From Candidatus Omnitrophota bacterium (GTDB lineage Bacteria; Omnitrophota; Gorgyraeia; JABMRN01; RBG-13-46-9), in assembly GCA_016782445.1 (NCBI GenBank), contig JADHYM010000001.1, positions 10,212 to 74,211 of the forward strand: 64,000 bases of DNA, given 5' to 3'. Position 1 is the first letter of the stretch, and each line of letters begins with the position of its first letter. The notes under the pieces were generated by a model. That model saw only the letters and a program-made list of their open reading frames with translations. It had not been told where the DNA came from and did not search any database. The translations under genes were made by a program, and so were the position numbers. Of the stretch, positions 9,848 to 20,822 are shown in pieces.

Positions 9848-10522
9848 TTATTTTTCGAGCCTTTCCAGCCGCTTCTTAAGCTCTTCTATATCCTGGAATA
9901 TCGGGTCAAGCGTATGGATGTGGTCCATCTTTACGTCCATTTTTTTGCCTTCCTGTTTCGTGATCCTTCCCGGTACGCCGACCACGGTCGAATTCGGAGG
10001 GACGTCTTTAATAACAACGGCATTTGCGCCGATATAAGAATTGTCGCCTACTGTGATGTTGCCGAGTACCTTGCCTCCGGTGCCGATAACCACGTTATTG
10101 CCGATGTTCGGGTGCCTCTTTCCGCGATCCTTGCCCGTTCCTCCGAGCGTAACGCCCTGAAAAAGCGTCACGTTATTGCCTACTACGCTCGTCTCGCCTA
10201 TAACCACCCCCGTGCCGTGGTCAATAAAAAGGCCTTTTCCTATGGTTGCGCCGGGGTGTATTTCTATGCCCGTCATGAGCCTGGCCAGCTGCGAAAGAAG
10301 CCTCGGCAGGAAAGGCACTTTCATCTTTTTAAGTGCGTGCGCTACGCGGTAAAAAATTATAGCCTGGAGCCCCGCATACAGTAAAAGGACCTCGAGAAAA
10401 TTCGTCGCTGCGGGGTCTCTGTCAAAGGTGGCCTTTATTTCGTCGCGAAAGATAAAGCTCGCAAATATAAAATAAAGGAGGGCTACAATAAGGATAAAAA
10501 GTATAATTGTAAGAATCAGCAT
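9848..10522 (-). CDS. cysE: Serine O-acetyltransferase with a hydrophobic N-terminal extension
   Basis: [26 protein letters not shown] and KRHP hexapeptide motifs. Confidence 0.93.
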   Translation of the reverse strand: MLILTIILFILIVALLYFIFASFIFRDEIKATFDRDPAATNFLEVLLLYAGLQAIIFYRVAHALKKMKVPFLPRLLSQLARLMTGIEIHPGATIGKGLFIDHGTGVVIGETSVVGNNVTLFQGVTLGGTGKDRGKRHPNIGNNVVIGTGGKVLGNITVGDNSYIGANAVVIKDVPPNSTVVGVPGRITKQEGKKMDVKMDHIHTLDPIFQDIEELKKRLERLEK

Positions 10523-10528
10523 TTTAGC

Positions 10529-11002
10529 TTACCTCTCTTTCAGGGTGACAACGGAGAAGGCCTCGATCGCCTCGCCTTTTCCCGCGGGGCCTATGCCTTG
10601 CGCTGTCTTTGCTTTTATACTTAAGGCAGACTCCGATATTTCCAAAATACCGGCTACGTTTTTCCGTATGAGCGGGACAAAAGCAAGAAGCCTTGGTTCT
10701 CCCGCGATTATTATGGTATCAATGTTGTTTACAGCGAGGCGCTTTCCGGTTACGAGCTCGCTTACTTTTTTTAAGAGTTTGACGCTCTCTATATCCTTAT
10801 AACGCGTATCCGTGTCCGGAAAATATGTTCCTATATCGTTAAGACCTGCCGCCCCAAGCATCGCATCGCATATCGCGTGCAAAAGCACGTCAGCGTCCGA
10901 ATGGCCCTCGAGCCCTTTTTTAAAAGGTATCTCGACCCCTCCGAGCACAAGTTTTCGGCCCGTTACTAATTTGTGTATGTCGTAGCCTATTCCCGTACGC
11001 AT
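10529..11002 (-). CDS. ispF: 2-C-methyl-D-erythritol 2,4-cyclodiphosphate synthase
   Basis: GIGYDIH, GHSDADV and DIG motifs. Confidence 0.95.
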   Translation of the reverse strand: MRTGIGYDIHKLVTGRKLVLGGVEIPFKKGLEGHSDADVLLHAICDAMLGAAGLNDIGTYFPDTDTRYKDIESVKLLKKVSELVTGKRLAVNNIDTIIIAGEPRLLAFVPLIRKNVAGILEISESALSIKAKTAQGIGPAGKGEAIEAFSVVTLKER

Positions 11003-11676
11003 CGTTTATTTTTTATAAGCGCCTTCGCCAGTTCCAGGTCCTCCGGCGTCGTTATTTTAATATTGCGCGGCGAACCTCTTACGATCTTTACTTTATACCC
11101 CAGCGCCTCAACCAGGCTTGCGTCATCAGTGGCATCGCTCGCGCGGCGAGAGCAATAAGCCTTCGATATGATGTCTCTTCTGAAAATCTGCGGCGTCTGC
11201 GCCTGGCAGAAATGTTTTCTGTTTTCGGTCATTGCGATGATGTTATCTCTTCCTACCTTCTTAAGCGTATCCGTCACAGGGATAGCGCAAATCGCTGCGC
11301 CGTTTTCTTTAGCGGCCTTAAACGTTCTTTTTATAATGTCTTCCGATAAAAACGGCCTCGCGCCGTCGTGCACCATGACAAAATCTGGTTTCCCTGCCGC
11401 GGAAAGAGCGTTTTTTACTGAATCAAAGCGCTTCCTGCCTCCTTTTACAATGAATCGCACTTTCTTGAGCCTGTATTTTTTGGCGAGAGAGGCAGCCTTC
11501 TTTACATTCTTGGCCCTCACGCTCAATATAATGCTCGTGACAGATTCGCTTTTATTCAAGGTCAAAAGCGTGTGGGCAAGAATCGGTTTTCCGAAAAGTT
11601 TTACAAAAGGTTTATCGCTTCTCGATCCGAGACGGATCCCGGTGCCGGCTGCGGGAACAATGCATGTAAGGCTCAT
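10987..11676 (-). CDS. ispD: 2-C-methyl-D-erythritol 4-phosphate cytidylyltransferase
   Basis: PAAGTGIR, HDGARP, QTPQ, TDD and KITTPED motifs. Confidence 0.95.
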   Translation of the reverse strand: MSLTCIVPAAGTGIRLGSRSDKPFVKLFGKPILAHTLLTLNKSESVTSIILSVRAKNVKKAASLAKKYRLKKVRFIVKGGRKRFDSVKNALSAAGKPDFVMVHDGARPFLSEDIIKRTFKAAKENGAAICAIPVTDTLKKVGRDNIIAMTENRKHFCQAQTPQIFRRDIISKAYCSRRASDATDDASLVEALGYKVKIVRGSPRNIKITTPEDLELAKALIKNKRCVRE

Positions 11677-11688
11677 CTTAAATACGAA

Positions 11689-12714
11689 CTACCTGTTTTT
11701 CCTGCGAAAGTTTCTCTCGCCTTCCCTTTTTTCGGCAAAGATCATTCTTCCTGCTGATGTCTGAAGGACGCTCGTCACTGCCACGCTTATGGTCTGGCCT
11801 ATCAGGCTTCTTGCGTTATCTACGACGATCATTGTCCCGTCGGGAAGATAAGCTACTCCCTGGTTATGCTCCTTGCCTTCTTTCGCGATCCTGACCGCCA
11901 TTTCCTCGCCCGGCAGGACCACGGGCTTAAGAGCGTTCGTAAGGTCGTTAATATTAAGAACGCTCACACCCTCAAGCTCTGCGATCTTGTTAAGATTAAA
12001 ATCGTTCGTAAACACTTTGGCGCTAAGAAATTTTGCCAGCTTCACTATTTTCGCGTCGACGTCCTTTATGTCCGGAAAATCCTCGTCGTGGATCTTTACA
12101 ACGGCGTGGGTATTTTTCTGGAGCCTGTTCAGTATGTCAAGGCCCCGGCGGCCGCGATTGCGCTTCAGGGAATCGGTCGAGTCGGCGACCTGTTGTAGCT
12201 CCTTGAGGACGAAGCGCGGCACAATGAGCCGCCCCTCCATAAAACGCGTATCCACTATATCGGCGATCCTCCCGTCTATAATGACGCTCGTATCGAGTAT
12301 TATAAGCTGGTCCGACTGATCCTGCCTGGCAAAGCGTACGTAGGGTATGATAAGATTGAATTCATCTTTCCCTCTCATTGCTATTATCATCCCGAGATAA
12401 CAGAAAACCAGGATAAAAATAATGTTGAGAGCCGGGTAGATCTTCGGATCCATAGGTATGAGTTTCACGATAAGCGTGACCATCCATGCCATAAAAAACC
12501 CGAAGACGAGGCCGAAAACGGCCGCTGAAAGGTTCCTCACGGAAAAACGCTGCATTTTAAGTTCCAGAAAGATGATAAGAAGCGCCCCGAAAAAACCTAC
12601 GAGCGCGCCGGAAAGGCCCCATAGCGTTTCAAAATTACCGATGGTAGCCCCGGCGTAATAACCGACGATGGTTCCGAGAAATGTAAAAAATAATCTAATA
12701 AAAATAAAAGACAT
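11689..12714 (-). CDS. Membrane PIN/TRAM-domain protein (YacL-like)
   Basis: Four TM helices, LDTSVIIDGRI PIN motif, TRAM C-terminus (QTSAGRMIF); GAGGAG SD precedes ATG 12714. Confidence 0.9.
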   Translation of the reverse strand: MSFIFIRLFFTFLGTIVGYYAGATIGNFETLWGLSGALVGFFGALLIIFLELKMQRFSVRNLSAAVFGLVFGFFMAWMVTLIVKLIPMDPKIYPALNIIFILVFCYLGMIIAMRGKDEFNLIIPYVRFARQDQSDQLIILDTSVIIDGRIADIVDTRFMEGRLIVPRFVLKELQQVADSTDSLKRNRGRRGLDILNRLQKNTHAVVKIHDEDFPDIKDVDAKIVKLAKFLSAKVFTNDFNLNKIAELEGVSVLNINDLTNALKPVVLPGEEMAVRIAKEGKEHNQGVAYLPDGTMIVVDNARSLIGQTISVAVTSVLQTSAGRMIFAEKREGERNFRRKNR

Positions 12715-12748
12715 ATTAAAGCTCCTCTTTTTAAATCGTTTAAAAACC

Positions 12749-12874
12749 AAAATCCAAATGACAAATGACAAATAAAACCCAAATTCCAAATGTCAAATTT
12801 GCCTGCCTGCCGGCAAGGCAGGGATTTTGGAATTTGAAATTTATTTGGATTTTGTCATTTGACATTTGTCATTA
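12749..12874. repeat. Two inverted 7-bp arrays flanking a CCTGCCTGCCGGC-type palindrome
   Basis: caaatga caaatga caaat...caaatgt caaat / gcctgcctgccggcaaggcagg / tttggaa tttgaaa ...tttgtca tttgaca tttgtca. Confidence 0.85.
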
Positions 12875-12879
12875 TTCCT

Positions 12880-13497
12880 CTATTCGCCCCGCGGCTTGTG
12901 TAAAAGCTTCCACGGGTGCGCTTTGATATCCGCCACAAAGTCCTCCAGGTCGTCGTAAATCTGCTCATCGACTAGAAGCTTTCCTACCGTGCCCTTTCCT
13001 TCTTTCAGGCCATCCATGATAACGCACATTGAATCCACAAGCTTCTGTACTTTTTCGGTCACAAGCTCCATAGGAACAGGGTCATGCCCAATGAGCGTCC
13101 CCTCGCTGGTGAGAATGTCGTCTGAAAGCTCTCCGGGAAAGATCTCCAGATACTTCTCACCCAAAAGCCCCAGCGTGTTTATAACTGCATCCGAGTCCGT
13201 CGGGATCTTTATGTCGTCGGAATCAACCCACGCCATAACCCTAACCTTGGTCTTTTTCTCGTTTTCGTCGAAGAAAAGGTCTATTTTATCTATCTGTCCG
13301 ACATTAACGCCCGCGAACCTCACAGGCGCGCTTTCCGCCAGGCCGTTCGCAAAATTAAATACGACATTTACGTGATAGCCTTTTTTTATTAAATACACAT
13401 CACCTATAGAAAAAACTATTATGGAAAAGAGAAGTATTCCGAGCGCTATAAAAATACCTACTTTAAGCTCAAACGTCTTGTCTTCGAAATTTAACAT
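12880..13497 (-). CDS. mlaD: MCE-domain protein (MlaD family), copy 1
   Basis: N-terminal TM, GL..APVRFAGVNVG and GLLGEKYLEIFPG motifs. Confidence 0.88.
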   Translation of the reverse strand: MLNFEDKTFELKVGIFIALGILLFSIIVFSIGDVYLIKKGYHVNVVFNFANGLAESAPVRFAGVNVGQIDKIDLFFDENEKKTKVRVMAWVDSDDIKIPTDSDAVINTLGLLGEKYLEIFPGELSDDILTSEGTLIGHDPVPMELVTEKVQKLVDSMCVIMDGLKEGKGTVGKLLVDEQIYDDLEDFVADIKAHPWKLLHKPRGE

Positions 13498-13519
13498 TGT
13501 TTACCTCCATTTATATATG

Positions 13520-13610
13520 ATTACGCAGATTTCTTGCTTCTAAAAAGATGCCTGCCTGCCGGCAGGCAGGCATTCTTGATTACACAGATACTAACTACAA
13601 TCTGTGTAAT
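13520..13610. repeat. 26-bp perfect palindrome plus ATTACACAGAT/ATCTGTGTAAT inverted repeat
   Basis: atgcctgcctgccggcaggcaggcat at 13548-13573; attacacagat at 13579-13589 pairs with atctgtgtaat at 13600-13610; ttacgcagat variant at 13521. Confidence 0.85.
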
Positions 13611-13619
13611 TATTTTCAA

Positions 13620-14369
13620 TCAATGATCCTTAGCGATCGGCCCTTCGGCCTCGCCGTGTATAAACTGTTTTACTACCGGGTTTTTTGTACTTTTTATCTC
13701 CTGGGGAGTCCCGATCTCGATGATCTTCCCCTCGTAAAGCATGGCGATCCTGTTCGCTATTTTATACGCGCTTTTCATGTCGTGCGTAACGGCAATAGAG
13801 GTAACCTTGAGTTTGTCGTGCAACTCTTTTATAAGGTCATTTATTGCGTCTCCCATTATCGGGTCAACGCCTGTAGTAGGCTCGTCATAAAGTACTATTT
13901 CGGGCTTCATGGAGATCGCCCTTGCTAAGCCCACTCTTTTTTTCATGCCGCCTGAGAGCTCTGCGGGCTTCAGGTTTTCTATGCCGCCCAGTCCCACCAG
14001 GCCCAAACACTCCCGCACCCTGGCAAGCATCGCGTCCTTCTGTGTAGCAGTATGTTCTATCATGCCGAACGCCACGTTTTCCCAGACCGTAAGCGAATCA
14101 AAAAGAGCAGCTCCCTGAAAAAGCATCCCAAATTTCATCCTGATATCGTTGAGCTCCTTCCCGTACATCTTGGAAATATCCTTGCCGTCTATCAGCACCT
14201 GGCCCGAATCCGGCTTCAATATGCCTATAATATGTTTTAGAAGCACGCTTTTTCCGCAGCCCGAGCGGCCTATTATGACGGTCGTTTCGCCGGACTTGAT
14301 GGTAAGGTTAAGGTTTTTTAAAACCTCTTTCTTCCCGAAATTCTTGCACAGATTTATTATTTCTATCAT
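13620..14369 (-). CDS. mlaF: ABC ATPase (MlaF family), copy 1
   Basis: GRSGCGKS, FQGAALFDS, LSGGMKKR and YDEPTTG motifs. Confidence 0.9.
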   Translation of the reverse strand: MIEIINLCKNFGKKEVLKNLNLTIKSGETTVIIGRSGCGKSVLLKHIIGILKPDSGQVLIDGKDISKMYGKELNDIRMKFGMLFQGAALFDSLTVWENVAFGMIEHTATQKDAMLARVRECLGLVGLGGIENLKPAELSGGMKKRVGLARAISMKPEIVLYDEPTTGVDPIMGDAINDLIKELHDKLKVTSIAVTHDMKSAYKIANRIAMLYEGKIIEIGTPQEIKSTKNPVVKQFIHGEAEGPIAKDH

Positions 14370-14411
14370 ATTCTTTTTTTTACAGCTTAAAGCTTACAGC
14401 TTATAGCTTAA

Positions 14412-15218
14412 TTACCTTCCTATAAAATACATCAGCGCAGTCAAGAGACAGTCGGCCGCTATTATAAGAATAAAGCTCCTCACCACGCTCGAGGTAGTGG
14501 CTTTTCCTACGCCCTCAGCGCCTTCTTCCGCCCGCATTCCCTCAAAGCACGATATTACACATATGATTATAGCGAATACTACGCTTTTGTAGAGGCCGTT
14601 CCGAAGATCGCTTTGCGCCAAGGGATCAAACGTCATCTTAACGTACATATGATGGGAAATGTGTAGCTTATGAACCCCTACTATGTATCCGCCAACCATG
14701 CTTATAAAGTCGGCGTATACGGTTAATACCACCACTGACACCAGAAGCGCCCAGAACCGCGGAACAACAAGGTAATTAATGGGGTTTGTCGCCAGCGTCT
14801 CCAGCGCGTCTATCTGTTCGGTAACTTTCATGGTGCCGATTTCCGCTGTTATCGCCGCCCCGGAACGGCCGGCTACGACGAGGGCAGTTAAAACCGGCCC
14901 AAGCTCTCTTATCATCGAAAGCGCGACAAGGGAAGCTATGTACATCTCTGCCGACATCTTCTGCATCTGGTACGCGCTCTGAAGAGCGATTACGATACCT
15001 ACAAAAAGGCTTATGAGCGAAACTATGGGAATTGAGTTTGCGCCTATTTGAGCTGTTTGCCGTATCGTTTCGCGAATTCTAAAAGGTGGGTGAACGAGTG
15101 CGTAGGCTATATCGCCCATAAAGATCGCTATTGAACCCATGTAACACACGAACTCGACGCCCTTCGCCCCTAAGGCTGCCAGTTTTCTTTGTATATTCGA
15201 AAGTAATCTCTGTATCAC
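14412..15218 (-). CDS. mlaE: ABC permease (MlaE family), copy 1
   Basis: RELGPVL, AGRSG, EIGTMKVTEQIDAL and GAEGVGKATT motifs. Confidence 0.92.
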   Translation of the reverse strand: MIQRLLSNIQRKLAALGAKGVEFVCYMGSIAIFMGDIAYALVHPPFRIRETIRQTAQIGANSIPIVSLISLFVGIVIALQSAYQMQKMSAEMYIASLVALSMIRELGPVLTALVVAGRSGAAITAEIGTMKVTEQIDALETLATNPINYLVVPRFWALLVSVVVLTVYADFISMVGGYIVGVHKLHISHHMYVKMTFDPLAQSDLRNGLYKSVVFAIIICVISCFEGMRAEEGAEGVGKATTSSVVRSFILIIAADCLLTALMYFIGR

Positions 15219-15219
15219 T

Positions 15220-17700
15220 TTACTTTACCTTTTCCTTTTTATCGCTTTTCGCAGGCACCTTGAACGGCTCTTGTATAAACTCGAGCGAGTCGGCTTTCGC
15301 TTTTATGGTAATTTTCGCGCCGTTTTTAAACTTACCGGATATTATATTCTCGGCCAGGGGATCCTCCACAAAGCGCTGAATCGTTCTTTTTACAGGTCTT
15401 GCGCCGAAGGTCTTGTCGAAGCCGCGTTCTATCAGGAAATCTTTCGCCTCCTTCGAGAGGTCAAGCTTTATGTTCTTATCCTTAAGACGATCCTGGACCT
15501 CCTTTATTTCTATGTCCACTATTTTGTAAAGATCATCTTTGGTGAGGGACCTAAAAACGATGACGTCGTCTACCCTATTCAAAAATTCCGGCTTGAATAC
15601 TTTTTTTACCTCCTCAAGAAGCCGTGATTTCATGTCCTTATAATTCTCTTCCTCTTTATCCTGGGACCGGAACCCTATCGAGCCCTGTTTTTTGAGCAGC
15701 TCCGCGCCTATGTTCGAGGTCATAATGAGAATGGTGTTCTTAAAATCCACTTTCCTACCGAATGAATCCGTGAGGCGCCCCTCCTCAAGAACCTGCAAAA
15801 GCAGATTGAATACGTCGGGATGGGCTTTTTCTATTTCATCAAGAAGGACGACTGAATAAGGGCGCCGCCTTATCTTTTCGGTAAGCTGCCCGCCTTCCTC
15901 GTAGCCCACATATCCGGGAGGCGCGCCGACAAGCCGCGATACGTTAAATTTTTCCATATATTCCGACATGTCGATCTGCACTATCGCGTCTTCGTCCCCG
16001 AACATAAATTCCGCAAGCTTCCTGCCGAGAAGCGTTTTCCCGACGCCTGTCGGCCCCATAAAAACGAACGATCCTATGGGCCGGCGCGGATCCTTTATGC
16101 CTGCGCGGGAGCGCCTTAGCGCGTGAGCAATCGCGCTTATCGCCTCTTTCTGCCCGATTACACGGGAATTGATCTCGTCTTCTACTTTGAGGAACTTTAT
16201 CGATTCCTTCTCCTCGAGTTTTAAAAGCGGTATCCCTGTCCACTTGGCTACGATGTATGCTATATCCTCTTCCGTAATAACCGGAATTTTTTTGGACTGG
16301 GTCTCTTTCCATTTTTTCTTTGTCCTGGTAAGAAGTTCCTTCGCTTTTCTCTCTTCGTCTCTCGAACGCGCCGCTTTTTCAAAATCCTGATTCTTAACGG
16401 CGTCTTCCTTCTCTCCGCTTAAGTTTTCTATTCTGGCTTCTATATCTTTTATGTCGGGTGGCGCCGTCATGGTAGAGAGATGCGCGCGGGAGCCGGACTC
16501 ATCTATCAAGTCTATCGCCTTGTCCGGAAGAAAACGTCCGCTTATGTAACGGTCAGAGAGCTTGGCAGCAGCTTCCAGGGCTTCGTCCATAAATTTTATT
16601 TTGTGGTGCGCCTCGTATCTATCCCGAAGTCCTTTTAGTATCGCTATTGTCTCATCCACTGAAGGGGGCTCGACCATTATCGTCTGGAAGCGTCTTTCAA
16701 GCGCCGCGTCCTTTTCTATATGTTTCCTGTATTCGTTAATAGTTGTCGCGCCTATGCACTGTATTTCCCCCCGGGAAAGAGCGGGCTTCAGTATGTTGGA
16801 GGCATCGATCGCCCCCTCGGCGCCGCCGGCCCCGACAAGTGTGTGCAGCTCGTCTATGAAGACGATAACGTCGGGTGAGTTTTTTATCTCCTCCATCACG
16901 GCCTTTATCCTTTCCTCGAACTGGCCCCTGTATTTTGTTCCGGCAACCATGAGCGCGAGGTCCAGGATAATAATGCGCTTATTTTTTAAAATCTCCGGCA
17001 CGTCGTTTGCCACTATCTGCTGCGCGAGGCCCTCCACGATCGCTGTTTTGCCGACTCCGGCCTCACCTAAAAGAACAGGGTTATTTTTTGTGCGGCGCGC
17101 GAGGATCTGCATTACGCGTTCTACCTCGTTTTTCCTCCCTATGACAGGGTCAAGCTTCCCATCTTTTGCGAGCTTTGTAAGGTCCCTTCCGAACGAGTCA
17201 AGGGCAGGCGTTTTGTTCTTTTTTCCTTTTTGCGTGGGCGATCCGTAGCCCGGAATAGAAGAGCCCAAAAGCCCCATAACCTCGTTCCTTACCTTATCCA
17301 TGTCAAGCCCCAGGTTCATAAGGACCTGCGAAGCAACCCCTTCACCTTCCTTGACAAGCCCGAGAAGCAAATGCTCTGTTCCTATATAATTGTGCCCGAG
17401 CTGCCTGGCTTCCTCCATCGCAAGTTCAATAACTTTTTTCGCCTTTGGCGTGAATGGGATATCGCCGGATACGATAGTCGCGGGACCCGGTTTAACCAGT
17501 TTCTCCACCTCAAAGCGTATCTGGTCCGAGCTCAAGCCAAGGCTGGCTAAAACAGCGGCCGCCACGCCCTCGCCCTCGCGTATCAAGCCAAGAAGCAGGT
17601 GCTCAGTGCCTATATAATCGTGGTTAAAACGCTTCGCCTCCTCTTTCGCGAGAAGTATCACCTTTCTCGCGCGCTCGGTAAACCTGTTAAACATTGCCAT
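15220..17700 (-). CDS. clpC: ATP-dependent Clp protease ATPase ClpC
   Basis: Two Clp-N repeats, two AAA+ modules ([16 protein letters not shown]), UVR linker, IGF loop. Confidence 0.96.
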   Translation of the reverse strand: MAMFNRFTERARKVILLAKEEAKRFNHDYIGTEHLLLGLIREGEGVAAAVLASLGLSSDQIRFEVEKLVKPGPATIVSGDIPFTPKAKKVIELAMEEARQLGHNYIGTEHLLLGLVKEGEGVASQVLMNLGLDMDKVRNEVMGLLGSSIPGYGSPTQKGKKNKTPALDSFGRDLTKLAKDGKLDPVIGRKNEVERVMQILARRTKNNPVLLGEAGVGKTAIVEGLAQQIVANDVPEILKNKRIIILDLALMVAGTKYRGQFEERIKAVMEEIKNSPDVIVFIDELHTLVGAGGAEGAIDASNILKPALSRGEIQCIGATTINEYRKHIEKDAALERRFQTIMVEPPSVDETIAILKGLRDRYEAHHKIKFMDEALEAAAKLSDRYISGRFLPDKAIDLIDESGSRAHLSTMTAPPDIKDIEARIENLSGEKEDAVKNQDFEKAARSRDEERKAKELLTRTKKKWKETQSKKIPVITEEDIAYIVAKWTGIPLLKLEEKESIKFLKVEDEINSRVIGQKEAISAIAHALRRSRAGIKDPRRPIGSFVFMGPTGVGKTLLGRKLAEFMFGDEDAIVQIDMSEYMEKFNVSRLVGAPPGYVGYEEGGQLTEKIRRRPYSVVLLDEIEKAHPDVFNLLLQVLEEGRLTDSFGRKVDFKNTILIMTSNIGAELLKKQGSIGFRSQDKEEENYKDMKSRLLEEVKKVFKPEFLNRVDDVIVFRSLTKDDLYKIVDIEIKEVQDRLKDKNIKLDLSKEAKDFLIERGFDKTFGARPVKRTIQRFVEDPLAENIISGKFKNGAKITIKAKADSLEFIQEPFKVPAKSDKKEKVK

Positions 17701-17701
17701 G

Positions 17702-18754
17702 TTATTTTCCTCCGATTTTTTTCCGTACTATATCGGCCCGTTTGTAATCGCGCTGGGTTGCGGTAAGAACCTTCCCTTCAAGCTTCTGAAGGTGAGCCGG
17801 TTGAGTTAAAATAAAAAGTTCGTTTATAAGCGGCCTTGTGATATTCTTGACTATTCCTAAATCTATCCCGAGCCTTATTGCGGACAGAAGCTTTATTGTT
17901 TCGTCGCTTGTTATGATGCGCGCGCTTTTAAGCGTTCCGTACGAGCGCCATATTTTATCCGTGACCTCTTCCTTGTTTTTTGCCAGGAGTATGCCGCGCG
18001 TTGACTCTTCCCGCATTATTATTTTATTCACTATGCTCGTTATCTGGTTTACTATGTCGAGCTCTGAGCGGCCGAGGCTTACCTGGTTCGACACCTGGAA
18101 AAAATTACCGATAGCCTCTGTCCCCTCGCCGTAGAAACCGCGCATAGTAAGCCCGAGTTTCGATATTGCCGAAAAGACGTTGCCTATCTGGTTTGTCATC
18201 ACGAGCGCCGGGAGGTGAAGCATCACTGACGCCCGGAGAGCTGTTCCCGTGTTAGTCGGACATGCCGTGAGATATCCCCATTTAGGCGAAAATGCGAATG
18301 CGAGCTTCGTGCCCAAATCTGAATCGATCTCATCTGCTACGCGCCAGGCCTCCATTATGTTAAAGCCGGACTGAAGCACCTGTATCCTGAGGTGGTCCTC
18401 TTCGTTGATCATGATGCTCACGATCTCTTTTTCGTCGAATATAAGCGCCTTGTAAGCAGCATCCGCTGTGTGCTCGGGGCTTATGAGATGCCTTTCAACG
18501 AGAAACTGCTTATCTATTTCGCTGGTGTCCTTCATCTTCAAAAATATAGTATCTTTCATGAACTTGCTTTTTAAAAGCGCTTCCTCGGCAAGCTTCAGGA
18601 GTTTCTCCTTGTCGGCTTTTTTTGCCCAGTTGAAAAATGGGAACCCGCTTATATTCCTGGCGATCCTCGCCCTCGAGGATATTACGATATTGGATCTGGG
18701 GCCTATGCCCTTGAGCCATTCACTTTCTCTCATCAGCAAATCTTCTAATTTCAT
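17702..18754 (-). CDS. mcsB: Protein arginine kinase McsB
   Basis: SSRARIARN, NEEDHLR and CPTNTGT motifs; mcsA-mcsB-clpC order. Confidence 0.95.
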   Translation of the reverse strand: MKLEDLLMRESEWLKGIGPRSNIVISSRARIARNISGFPFFNWAKKADKEKLLKLAEEALLKSKFMKDTIFLKMKDTSEIDKQFLVERHLISPEHTADAAYKALIFDEKEIVSIMINEEDHLRIQVLQSGFNIMEAWRVADEIDSDLGTKLAFAFSPKWGYLTACPTNTGTALRASVMLHLPALVMTNQIGNVFSAISKLGLTMRGFYGEGTEAIGNFFQVSNQVSLGRSELDIVNQITSIVNKIIMREESTRGILLAKNKEEVTDKIWRSYGTLKSARIITSDETIKLLSAIRLGIDLGIVKNITRPLINELFILTQPAHLQKLEGKVLTATQRDYKRADIVRKKIGGK

Positions 18755-18757
18755 CTC

Positions 18758-19261
18758 TTACTTTCCCCTCTCAACTTCCCCTATCTGGTCACGAAGCCGC
18801 GCGGCCTCTTCGAACTCCTCGAGCTTTATAGCCTCTATAAGGCGCTCCTTCAAGTTGGCAAGGATCGTTTTGGTGTCCCGCTTTACCTCTTCTTTTGAAG
18901 GAATTTTTCCCACGTGACGCTCCGAGCCGTGTATCTTTTTTAAAAGCGGGCTTAAATTTTCTTTAAAAGTATCGTAGCAGGCCGGGCAACCAAGGCGCCC
19001 TATCTTACGAAAATCCCTGAAGGTAAACCCGCATTTGGGACACTTTACCGATATCTTTTCCGTTTCTTCGGTTTCCTTGACAGAAGTGGGAGCGAGGTCT
19101 GCCAGGCCCGATAAAAGGTCCGCAAGCCCGAAATGCGCTTCCATTTCTTCTGATTTCTCTCTAGCGCAATTCTCACAAAGATGGAGCTTCTTCACCTTAT
19201 CGTCCACTATCTCCGTAAGATGGACCGTTGCGTCTTGTTTCTTACATACGTCGCACTGCAT
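18758..19261 (-). CDS. mcsA: McsA (CxxC motifs plus UVR domain)
   Basis: Four CxxC motifs, GRLGCPACY, C-terminal EEFEEAARLRD. Confidence 0.92.
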   Translation of the reverse strand: MQCDVCKKQDATVHLTEIVDDKVKKLHLCENCAREKSEEMEAHFGLADLLSGLADLAPTSVKETEETEKISVKCPKCGFTFRDFRKIGRLGCPACYDTFKENLSPLLKKIHGSERHVGKIPSKEEVKRDTKTILANLKERLIEAIKLEEFEEAARLRDQIGEVERGK

Positions 19262-19275
19262 CTATGTCCCCTTAT

Positions 19276-20148
<873 letters not shown>

Positions 20149-20822
20149 TCCTTGATTCCTCCATAAGTCCGTCAACTATCCTGAATGCTCTGTCAAAATC
20201 CCCTTCCATGCGTTCGTCGTGGGTTACGATAATGATGTTCATTTTTTCTTTTTCCTTAATTCGCCACAGGGTGCTCATTACCTCGCCCGCCTTCGCGGAA
20301 TCGAGATTCCCTGTGGGCTCGTCGCATAAAAGAATGCGGGGGTTATTTATAAGGCCCCTCGCGATCGCAACGCGCTGGCATTCCCCTCCGGAAAGTTCGG
20401 ACGGCCTGTGCTGCAAGCGTCGGCTAAGGCCCGCCATTTCAAGAAGTAGTTCCGCGCGATGCTTTATTGTTTTTGCCTTGCGGGCCCGGCCGATGATGCC
20501 GGGAAGCATTACATTTTCCAATACGTTAAACTCCGGCAGGAGGTGATAAAACTGAAAAATAAAACCTATTTTCTCGTTGCGTATCGCCGAACGCGCGCCG
20601 TCTCCCAGTTTGTAGAGATCGAACCCGTCAAAGAATATTTTTCCTTCCGTTGGCTTGTCGAGCCCACCGAGAATATGAAGAAGCGTGGACTTGCCGGCGC
20701 CGGAAGGGCCGGTAATAAGCATTGCTTCGCCTTCAGCTATTTCAAATGACGCTTTCCGCACCGCGTTTATGCGCGTTCTACCCTGATAGTATGCCTTGCT
20801 TATATTTACAGCTTTAATCATT

